Source: a virus (Duplodnaviria > Caudoviricetes). From it: a DNA stretch of 64,000 nucleotides. Under the pieces are notes generated by a model. That model made no database searches, was not told the origin of the DNA, and saw only the letters and a program-made list of their open reading frames with translations. A program made the translations under genes and the position numbers. Below, one piece after another: positions 16,431 to 24,021 of the stretch (position 1 is the first letter of the stretch; each line of letters begins with the position of its first letter). The DNA lies in IMG/VR virus record IMGVR_UViG_3300012663_001722, positions 1 through 64,000 of that record; one strand, written 5' to 3'.

Positions 16431-17347
16431 GAGCCTAAAATTGCAGCAATGGCATGATCTTTGGCTTTGAGCTCTACCTCCCAAGTCACTCTCTCAGCTA
16501 AGCTCGAGACAATTTTAGGCACATGACTTGCATAGTCAGCATGGCTGCGACCTCCGCCTATGCCTTCACTCCAGTGAAAAACAGGTCTAGCAGCTCCCCA
16601 CGTGCCAGCAAAAAGATGTGCCATATCAGAGTCACTTGCATTGCATGCGTCATGATGATTGTCATAGACAAGTGCACGCACATCGCCAAAGGTCTCGTAG
16701 AGTCGAGTGCAATTCCAATAACCTTTATCTTCATTTTCTAGAACAAGTCGTGCTTGCACACCCAAACTGCAGCGTCTTAGATTTGTTAAAAATCTTTCGC
16801 GATATTGATCAAGCCTTTCTTTTTCTAGCTTAGGCGTTGCATTTAGATGCAAACACATTGGACTGCCAAGATCTTGGCTATAGCCCATCAAGTCAAGTAT
16901 ATGGCTTTGATGATTTAGTTCATTGATACTGCGATCAATCACAAGTGGATTATAACTCACGAGCACATTAAACTGATCAGGATGCATGCTAACACTCACA
17001 CCTAATTTTCTAGCTAGCTCTCCAGCCGATGCAAGAGCACTCAATATATGCTCATAATCTGGCAAACTCTCTAGAGATAATCCCAAAGTGGAGTCAGTTA
17101 CCAAAGGAAACATGCTGCTACTAACGCGATAGTGAGCAATGCCTTGACTATGACAATGTAATATTATGCGGCTTAGCAGCTTGCAATTATGATATGCTCT
17201 ACGACTCAACTCTGGCAATGCAACAGTTTTGCCCAATTTTAAATATTGAGCGCGTGTCATGGCCTTATATGCCAGAGTTTTGTCTTGTGCCTTTAATATC
17301 TCGCTAATGCATACTAAACCTAGTTTCATGGGCCTATAGTATATCAA
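16421..17347 (-). CDS. uvsE: UV-damage endonuclease (UvsE/UVDE)
   Basis: LGLVC, HYRVSSSMFP, SMHPDQFNVL, LENED, YDNHH, HWSE, HADY, EVELKAKD. Confidence 0.9.
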   Translation of the reverse strand: MIYYRPMKLGLVCISEILKAQDKTLAYKAMTRAQYLKLGKTVALPELSRRAYHNCKLLSRIILHCHSQGIAHYRVSSSMFPLVTDSTLGLSLESLPDYEHILSALASAGELARKLGVSVSMHPDQFNVLVSYNPLVIDRSINELNHQSHILDLMGYSQDLGSPMCLHLNATPKLEKERLDQYRERFLTNLRRCSLGVQARLVLENEDKGYWNCTRLYETFGDVRALVYDNHHDACNASDSDMAHLFAGTWGAARPVFHWSEGIGGGRSHADYASHVPKIVSSLAERVTWEVELKAKDHAIAAILGSLG

Positions 17348-17366
17348 AAACTAAGATTTGTAAATC

Positions 17367-17573
17367 TTATTTTTCAACTATTTCATAGTTCACGTCAATC
17401 AGTTTAATATCATCATGATTTTGTAAAGCTCGGACTTTTGCCCGTCTCAGCTCCTCATCTGTGAAGAAATAGACATTAAAGTCTTCGGCGACGATTGCAG
17501 TATAGGTCTTATCGGCGTTTCCTCTTCTTTTTTTATTCTCAACGGTTGTTATATAAGCATATTTTCTATTCAT
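17367..17573 (-). CDS. Hypothetical protein
   Basis: Start refined to MNRKY; FFTDEELRRAKVRA..N.DD motif. Confidence 0.6.
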   Translation of the reverse strand: MNRKYAYITTVENKKRRGNADKTYTAIVAEDFNVYFFTDEELRRAKVRALQNHDDIKLIDVNYEIVEK

Positions 17574-18147
17574 GGCTTTGTAAAAACATCTTCCATTCTG
17601 GGCGCATATCCTGTTTGCCAACAATAATATCTGGCATGCTAGGAGCACTTACGCTTTCATTGTTAACATTAAAATAAGGATAGTGACTGCTTTTGTTGCA
17701 ATTACATTTACGACATGCAAGCGTGCGATTAACATGCTCGTCACTGCCACCTAAACTTCGAGGCTTGATGTGATCAATTGTAAGCTGAGCGATCGGATAT
17801 TTTTTCAGGCAATATTGGCATATGTTGCCATAGACCTTTGCAAGATCTCCAAGTGCTAGTTTCTTTTTTGTTCGCTTATGATAAAATTTGCTTGTCACAG
17901 CCACAATTGTGGGTATTGGCCAGACCGCATTTTGCGAGCAGAGCACGGGCTGTTCTGGATCAAGATGATCATGACCATAGGCCATCCATTGACTCAAGCT
18001 CGTATAGCTATTGCCTTTTGTATCAAGAGCAATTACTTTGCCATTGAGTGTATAGGTAAAAGCAGCACGAGCTGGTATGACTGTGATTGGCTGCCATGCA
18101 TAGTTAAGCAGCAGGGTAGTCTTTTCGTCAGCACTTACTCTTTTCAT
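17566..18147 (-). CDS. HNH endonuclease (McrA-like)
   Basis: LLLNYAWQP, CQYC, TIDHIKPRSLGG, ACRKCNCNK. Confidence 0.9.
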   Translation of the reverse strand: MKRVSADEKTTLLLNYAWQPITVIPARAAFTYTLNGKVIALDTKGNSYTSLSQWMAYGHDHLDPEQPVLCSQNAVWPIPTIVAVTSKFYHKRTKKKLALGDLAKVYGNICQYCLKKYPIAQLTIDHIKPRSLGGSDEHVNRTLACRKCNCNKSSHYPYFNVNNESVSAPSMPDIIVGKQDMRPEWKMFLQSHE

Positions 18148-18355
18148 TTTGTAAAATTTTCATAATGGCATCAGCACCACTGGTTTTAACGTCGTCACAT
18201 ACGAGTGTTGGCACACTCTTAATATCATGTTTAATAAAAAATTCAGGATCAGCGCCTAGTTCTTTTAGTTCAATCTCAAGGGCGTTCTCTTGAATATAAG
18301 CTTTAATAACTTGGCAAGGCCCACAGAATTTACTTGTTGCTAGTGAAATTTTCAT
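18128..18355 (-). CDS. Thioredoxin/glutaredoxin-like protein
   Basis: CGPC active site, IKSVPTL cis-Pro motif. Confidence 0.85.
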   Translation of the reverse strand: MKISLATSKFCGPCQVIKAYIQENALEIELKELGADPEFFIKHDIKSVPTLVCDDVKTSGADAIMKILQNEKSKC

Positions 18356-18735
18356 TTGATCTTTGTTACTTTTACTTTGATTTTTCCAGTTTTTAGATTA
18401 TATATGCTGCTTGCCGCAGCGCGACTGAGATCAACAATTCGTGTCGGATGTGAACGCAGCGGCTTAATAGCTTTTCCATTTGAAGTTGCAAACGGCCCCC
18501 GATCGGTAATTTTTACGATTACACTCTTGCCATTTGCTAGATTTGTCACACGTACTGTTGAACCTAATGGAAAACGTGTGCTTGCAGCAGTATATGATCT
18601 ATCGCATAATGCTATGCCGCTTGCAGTATGAGTGCCGCCATTGCATGCTATAGTGTAATAGCTTGCTTCTCCAATAAGGGTTTGGGAGAATGCGGTGCTT
18701 AGCATGACAAATATCAATAATAGTATTTTTTTCAT
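18352..18735 (-). CDS. RlpA-like double-psi beta-barrel lytic transglycosylase with signal peptide
   Basis: GEASYY, TASG, TAAS, PLGSTVRVTN, VKITDRGPF, IVDLSRAAA. Confidence 0.85.
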   Translation of the reverse strand: MKKILLLIFVMLSTAFSQTLIGEASYYTIACNGGTHTASGIALCDRSYTAASTRFPLGSTVRVTNLANGKSVIVKITDRGPFATSNGKAIKPLRSHPTRIVDLSRAAASSIYNLKTGKIKVKVTKIK

Positions 18736-18740
18736 AATGA

Positions 18741-18945
18741 TAATTTGTTAGACTGATTGCCAACCTCACGCAAAGGTTTGTGTTTTAAGCTTTAGAGCTT
18801 GAGGTTTTACTACAAAGTTTTAAATTTTGAATTTTTACTTGCAATCGAAATATGCAAATCGTTATCCTTATCGTTATCAGTGAAGTATATGTGACTGAAC
18901 TCAGTCAAGTTTTTGAGGTCAGCAAGTCAGTCTAACAAAAATTAT
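18741..18945 (-). ncRNA. Candidate ~200 nt structured non-coding RNA
   Basis: Ends pair over ~25 bp (18744-18768 with 18914-18939) with G-U pairs only on the minus strand; three internal hairpins; no ORF. Confidence 0.65.
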
Positions 18946-18950
18946 TTATA
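18943..18950 (-). promoter_or_regulatory. T4-type late promoter consensus TATAAATA
   Basis: Exact match overlapping the stop of 18946..19404, immediately 5' of the RNA stem. Confidence 0.5.
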
Positions 18951-19404
18951 CAGTAGTTGTTGCATTGTAATTATCAACAACGTCTTGTAAATCTTCTACG
19001 AATTTTTGATAAAACTCGATTTTAGAGCGAACAGATTTGATGTCAAAGCAGTGCTCAATTGTATAGTCGCTTGTCATATAGGATCCAGTCTTGCGATCAT
19101 AGACCTGTTCTGTTTTACCATTTACTCCACTTATGTTTTCAAGTTGAGTTAAATATGTCAGCATAGCTTTGGCCTCAGCGAGGCCAACAAGTTCATCAGC
19201 GATGCAACCATTTGCACGTTGAATCTTAGCCTTAAGATTTATAAGACTAGCCTTTTCATCTAGTAACTTTTCCCATAGGTCACTTACATTTTCAACGGGT
19301 GTCTCATTGCTATGATAGCGGTTATATTTCTCGATGAGTTTTTGCAGGTTAACAATTCGACCAGCGATACGGTTTTTTTCTTTCAGAGCTTGTGCAATGT
19401 TCAT
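18946..19404 (-). CDS. Coiled-coil protein, DIP1984-like by recollection
   Basis: MNIAQALKEKNRI..L..KI..AN..LAE.K..IDNYNATT pattern. Confidence 0.65.
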   Translation of the reverse strand: MNIAQALKEKNRIAGRIVNLQKLIEKYNRYHSNETPVENVSDLWEKLLDEKASLINLKAKIQRANGCIADELVGLAEAKAMLTYLTQLENISGVNGKTEQVYDRKTGSYMTSDYTIEHCFDIKSVRSKIEFYQKFVEDLQDVVDNYNATTTV

Positions 19405-19409
19405 ATTTT

Positions 19410-19440
19410 TATAGTATAATGTTTTTCGTTATTTGTAAAT
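19410..19440 (-). promoter_or_regulatory. sigma70-like promoter
   Basis: TTTACA..TATACT upstream of 19404. Confidence 0.6.
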
Positions 19441-19447
19441 GTTATTT

Positions 19448-20545
19448 TTAATTATTTTCATGGAAGCAAAGATAAAGTCCAACTTGGCTAAGCAGCATAA
19501 TTATAAATGCAGCAACTACCCAGCCTGTTCCAATAATAACTGGAGCATCTTTATATTTTGTCCATTCATGTGCTTCATAGCTAGCAAGCACTATAGCCTT
19601 TAGCTCTGGCAACAAATAGTCATTGATTGGTTTTTCGAGAAATAAACTTTGAATGTTTAATTTCACGAGCTCGCTTTTACTCCAGCCAAAAACATAACAC
19701 CATTGAGCTGGAGCATTCTTTTCACCATCATAGCAAATCACAAGATCATTCTTTTTACCATTTTGCCAATAGCCTTGAAGTTGTTTTGCTTGATCAACTC
19801 CACCTTTTAGATTTACGAGAACCAAATTTACATGCTTCGTGGGTCCTAGATAGCTATTCAGCTTATCCCAATTCCAAATGTTAATTGCTATGTCTCCAAT
19901 TATACGCGAGCTGCCAAAGGTTTCGTTTTTGGGATATTGAGGCAAGCCTAAACTCTGTGCTTCTTTATCACTAATATTTTTATAGCTATGCAAGCCTTGA
20001 GTATTTTTTAATGGATTTGACCACGAACGGGTTTGTGTCATAGGATAATCGCAATATTCTGGATCATCATGCACCTCGCTGATATAATCATTCATATCGC
20101 CGCTATAATAATGATAACGATCGCCGCGAACGCTATGTGTGCCATGTTTTTCTGCAATTTGCATATAGAAACTTTGCGTGATGCTTACACGGCCAAGAGT
20201 TGTATCAGCATGCCATTCTGGAGGATAATGACGATTACGAGTTACAATTCGTGTATGTGATTGTGACTTGCCTTTACTATCTGTTGTTGTATATGTCTCA
20301 AGCTCAGTCCAGCGTGCATGCCATTCAGGAATATAAACAGCAGAGGTTACACTGCCGCTTAGTGTCTCGCTATCTCTTTTCATGCTGCATGTGCCAAGCG
20401 TTAGCACACCAGTAATAATTAAGATAGCAGCGACGACTCCTGCGCCAAGTTCTTTCAGATCAATTGTATCATATTTGATCCAACAAAAAATCCCTGCAAT
20501 TACAGGGATTAACATTAGTACAAATAGCCAGTAGCCTAGTGTCAT
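19448..20545 (-). CDS. Membrane protein with large extracytoplasmic domain
   Basis: Two N-terminal and one C-terminal TM segments; W.NGKKNDLVI motif. Confidence 0.7.
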   Translation of the reverse strand: MTLGYWLFVLMLIPVIAGIFCWIKYDTIDLKELGAGVVAAILIITGVLTLGTCSMKRDSETLSGSVTSAVYIPEWHARWTELETYTTTDSKGKSQSHTRIVTRNRHYPPEWHADTTLGRVSITQSFYMQIAEKHGTHSVRGDRYHYYSGDMNDYISEVHDDPEYCDYPMTQTRSWSNPLKNTQGLHSYKNISDKEAQSLGLPQYPKNETFGSSRIIGDIAINIWNWDKLNSYLGPTKHVNLVLVNLKGGVDQAKQLQGYWQNGKKNDLVICYDGEKNAPAQWCYVFGWSKSELVKLNIQSLFLEKPINDYLLPELKAIVLASYEAHEWTKYKDAPVIIGTGWVVAAFIIMLLSQVGLYLCFHENN

Positions 20546-21102
20546 TATTTGATCCAGTTAGAATTGTCTTCTCCAGACTTAAAGTTTTCTTTTGTCTCTG
20601 CGCTTGTAACAATCACGACTTCAATCTCGCGCTTGCCTAGCATCTTTAGAATAGTTCCAGATGGAAACATACCAAGAGCATCATCGGCCTGTCGTTTCAC
20701 TTCAAGCAATCGAGTCTGACTATACTGCCAATCTTTGCGTCCTGCGACAACAATATTTTGCAAGTTAGTTAGAGTTTTAATTTCGGTAATACCTGGCACA
20801 GCTTCTTGCACCATACCAACAGTTACCATTTGTCCTTCACCTGCAGTATTGCCACCTCTAGCCTCGGCGTAACCAGTGATAATGTTTGTAAGAGCTTCAA
20901 CCTCCTTATCACTCACACCTGCAGCTTCACGAATACTCTTTCGAGTATTATCAAGCACATTACTATTATCGACTTGAGTAGCTTTTGCTAGATTTTCAAG
21001 TCGTGTATAACTGTTCATACTGCCAATAGCAGAGAACATAAGAATTAGACCAAGTAGAAATACACCTCCAAGAGATGCTAGTGCGATTAGTTTTGTTTTC
21101 AT
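20545..21102 (-). CDS. Membrane-anchored coiled-coil protein (LemA-like)
   Basis: N-terminal TM, helical body, ends FPSG..L..LG; start refined. Confidence 0.6.
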   Translation of the reverse strand: MKTKLIALASLGGVFLLGLILMFSAIGSMNSYTRLENLAKATQVDNSNVLDNTRKSIREAAGVSDKEVEALTNIITGYAEARGGNTAGEGQMVTVGMVQEAVPGITEIKTLTNLQNIVVAGRKDWQYSQTRLLEVKRQADDALGMFPSGTILKMLGKREIEVVIVTSAETKENFKSGEDNSNWIK

Positions 21103-21103
21103 A

Positions 21104-21385
21104 TTAGTTTGTTTTGTAGATATTGAAGTCTCCAAACTTTGGTCTGGAAACTATATTTGGTGAATTGATCGCTCCGAACTTTGTGAGATATTCTTCAAAT
21201 GAAATTTCTTCACCGCTGTTATAGATATAATCAAATAGGAACTCTTCAGCCTTGTCGCTTAACTTTAGTTCGTTTTTTAGCGTATCGAAATAGAGATCTT
21301 GCACTCGACCAAGTTCTTGAATAAATGCACGATTTTTATAAATTAGATCTTCGTGACTTGCTGTTATGCCGTTATTTTCTTTCAT
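21104..21385 (-). CDS. Hypothetical protein
   Basis: 93 aa; EEFLFDYIYN motif. Confidence 0.6.
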   Translation of the reverse strand: MKENNGITASHEDLIYKNRAFIQELGRVQDLYFDTLKNELKLSDKAEEFLFDYIYNSGEEISFEEYLTKFGAINSPNIVSRPKFGDFNIYKTN

Positions 21386-21391
21386 ATTATT

Positions 21392-21802
21392 TTATAGTTC
21401 AACGTCTGAGAATGGAACGATGCAAGCGCAATAGCTCCACTTAGAAGGTAAGATCGCAGCCACTCCAGATAGTTCTTCTTGTTCTTCTTTAGACTCAGGA
21501 ATCATCCAAAGAATTACACTATCGTGCGGCATATCACAACCATCATCGGGATATGTTTCTTGCGTCTCGATAGAGAAGCCTTCAGCAAAAGCATATGAGT
21601 CATCTTCAAATCTTATAGATTCACCACATGGTGCATTGCCCGAGATGTTGTAGTTCACATTAAGATATTTGTGATTCGTACTTGAGAAACTTGCAACCCA
21701 TTGGCCTTTGCTATTTTTAAGAGCACGAAGACCAGTTAGACTGATCTTCTCTCCGGCCTTGGCTTCAGCATGAGTATAACGATGTTCAACAGCTAATTTC
21801 AT
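21392..21802 (-). CDS. Hypothetical protein
   Basis: 136 aa ORF coupled to ligase. Confidence 0.6.
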   Translation of the reverse strand: MKLAVEHRYTHAEAKAGEKISLTGLRALKNSKGQWVASFSSTNHKYLNVNYNISGNAPCGESIRFEDDSYAFAEGFSIETQETYPDDGCDMPHDSVILWMIPESKEEQEELSGVAAILPSKWSYCACIVPFSDVEL

Positions 21803-22788
21803 TTTCTTTCATCGTATTGTAGGTTAATAATTTTGAAGCTTCCGCCAGCATGTTTGATTACAACACCTTCAAAAGCTTTGCCATCAATCTTATCAATCTC
21901 GGCGCTATATTTTTGAATGTGTTCTGGAGTTAGCACAACACTTTTTTCAAGCATTGGCACAACTGGAATGTTTAGCTGAGCACAAACCTTCTCATAGTAA
22001 TGGTTGTCATCTGGATCAGCATAACATAATTCATCCATTTTGTAAACATTAAAGGCAGCAAAATTTAGTGGCAACTGACCGTGAGGATTTTTACCAAAGC
22101 CCTGAATGCTATTGCCATAGAGCTCACCGCGCAAGCTTAGACTAACATCATGCTGTTGACAATAAGCTGCTAGCTTATTGAGAATGTCATACTTAGCAAC
22201 TCCTTGAATATATTTGTTATCACATTCAGTTTTAAGGCGCAAGCTACGACTAGTGACACCAGTTTCCCAAGAGCCGTCTTCAAGTTTGCGAGCATATACA
22301 CTTAACGAGCTGCCATCAATCTTGAGCGTAATATCACACACTTCACCAAAGGGCAAGTCAGCGATATTCTGCCAACGCTCTTCATCAGTCTTAGGCAAGC
22401 CACGTGGCAAATAGCCAGCGGCGCTGAGATCTTGAGGAGCAGGTGGCTCATATTTAGTTACGCCAATAATTTCAGAGACTTCAGTGCCTGGCACAATATC
22501 ACCATAGGCAACAAGTGCAGACCAAGTGCCAATAGACATCACGATGCCAAAGCTCCATTCGCCACGCAAACGACAAGCCTTAACACGATTGCTACGTTTG
22601 CGGAACATTTCAGCCCACGGTTCGTCAGGCAGCACTGTATCAGGTTGGATTAGCACAACCTTATCTCCTTGAGAGAAGGCATCACGAGCAACAATGCAGC
22701 GATAGCCAAGTACAGTTGCAATGTCGAGAGCATCGGCATTTGGGTGCTGCTCGATAGTTTTAATAGTTTCAATAGAAGCGAGTTTCAT
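21799..22788 (-). CDS. RNA ligase, DRB0094/Rnl5-like
   Basis: N-terminal IEQHPNADALD..GY.CIV domain, KIDGSS, GELYG, EGVVIK, FKIIN. Confidence 0.85.
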   Translation of the reverse strand: MKLASIETIKTIEQHPNADALDIATVLGYRCIVARDAFSQGDKVVLIQPDTVLPDEPWAEMFRKRSNRVKACRLRGEWSFGIVMSIGTWSALVAYGDIVPGTEVSEIIGVTKYEPPAPQDLSAAGYLPRGLPKTDEERWQNIADLPFGEVCDITLKIDGSSLSVYARKLEDGSWETGVTSRSLRLKTECDNKYIQGVAKYDILNKLAAYCQQHDVSLSLRGELYGNSIQGFGKNPHGQLPLNFAAFNVYKMDELCYADPDDNHYYEKVCAQLNIPVVPMLEKSVVLTPEHIQKYSAEIDKIDGKAFEGVVIKHAGGSFKIINLQYDERK

Positions 22789-22799
22789 AATTTTGTAGA

Positions 22800-23063
22800 T
22801 TAGCCAGCGTGAAAGCTTGCGCAAACAACGCGAGGCAGTATTTCGTTTTCAGCAGCAACTCCGACTAGAGTAACGCTCACATTTTCAGGCGAGCTCGCCC
22901 AGCCGCTATAACGATATTGCCAATCCGCGTCAGTCATAAAGACGTTACCGGACAAGCTAGGGTTTATACGGCGCGCAATTTCAACATCAGGTGCGACCAC
23001 TACAGCATCGCTATAGGTATCATAGCCGCGATTTTCAGTTTGAGAGATATGGTAGATGTTCAT
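22800..23063 (-). CDS. Hypothetical phage protein
   Basis: GYDTYSDAVVVAPD...VVCASFHAG pattern. Confidence 0.7.
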   Translation of the reverse strand: MNIYHISQTENRGYDTYSDAVVVAPDVEIARRINPSLSGNVFMTDADWQYRYSGWASSPENVSVTLVGVAAENEILPRVVCASFHAG

Positions 23064-23065
23064 AA

Positions 23066-23335
23066 TTATTTTGAGCTAAGAAGAGAGGATTTTTTAGTGT
23101 CAAGGTCGATGGTTGCGCCTTTGTCAAAGTTGCGGAAGATTCGATAGCTTTCTCCCCAAACACAGTCATTTAGAAAACGGCGAAGACCAGAAGGTGTTCC
23201 AATTTCATGACATTCACCATCAACAATCACTGTATATTTTTTTCTGCAGGCTGCGCGTTGGTGCCCTTTGCAAATTTCGTTACAAGTCTTGATGATGTCA
23301 GTAATTTCGTTTGCTGTAAAGTAGGTGTTGCTCAC
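23066..23335 (-). CDS. Hypothetical early protein, probable leaderless GTG start
   Basis: GTG AGC AAC 6 nt after TACTAT. Confidence 0.55.
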   Translation of the reverse strand: MSNTYFTANEITDIIKTCNEICKGHQRAACRKKYTVIVDGECHEIGTPSGLRRFLNDCVWGESYRIFRNFDKGATIDLDTKKSSLLSSK

Positions 23336-23448
23336 AAGGAAATAGTACCACAAATCACGCGATTTGTACACCTAAAAATGCATATTTTTTCATTTTTTTT
23401 TAGGGCCCCCTTAAGGGGGCCCCCTTAAGGGGGCCCCAGCCTAGGCCC
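23336..23448 (-). promoter_or_regulatory. Early promoter type I with tandem GC palindromes upstream
   Basis: -10 23342-23347, -35 23365-23370; gggcccccttaagggggcccccttaagggggcccc at 23403-23437. Confidence 0.85.
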
Positions 23449-23449
23449 T

Positions 23450-23938
23450 TTAGTCCAGGATTCCATGGAGAGCGGCATCCAGCTTTTCGAGCAGCTCTTC
23501 TTTGCTATGCGCCAGAGGTACGCCATATCTCTCGCAAACAATGCGAACATTGCCTTTGCGCCAAAAGCCATCAGGACAGCATACAACAGTTTTGTCATGA
23601 TCAGCAAATAGGCCAAGCTCAAGCAAACTAATAGGACTCTTCGTAGCAGGATCAAAATAAAGAATGATCATATCAGCAGCGTCAAGATGATCAAGCTCCC
23701 AATTTACCTGTTCGTTAAATGCGTCGCTTGTATCAGTCCATGTGCTATCCCAATCAGGTCGACGAGGATTAAGAAAGACGATTGGCAAGTGAGAATAGCG
23801 ATTAGTAAACTCTTCTTGCCAAGGCTCAGCTACACCCATTTCGATGCTGCCAGCTAAAAAGATTTTTGGATAATCCTTATAGAGTGTCTTTTCTTCTGAG
23901 GTTAAAACGCGCGGTGCGTGTAATGTAATGTTTTTCAT
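23450..23938 (-). CDS. Nucleoside 2-deoxyribosyltransferase-like protein
   Basis: IFLAGSI, WQ, FLNPRR, QVNWE, SPISLLELG, FWRKGNV. Confidence 0.8.
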   Translation of the reverse strand: MKNITLHAPRVLTSEEKTLYKDYPKIFLAGSIEMGVAEPWQEEFTNRYSHLPIVFLNPRRPDWDSTWTDTSDAFNEQVNWELDHLDAADMIILYFDPATKSPISLLELGLFADHDKTVVCCPDGFWRKGNVRIVCERYGVPLAHSKEELLEKLDAALHGILD

Positions 23939-24021
23939 ATTTTTTTGTAAAGATTGTAACGGCGGAAGCATTCCACTTAAGGCACTCTCTTTAAAGCTTA
24001 GGCTACCGTTAATATTATAAC

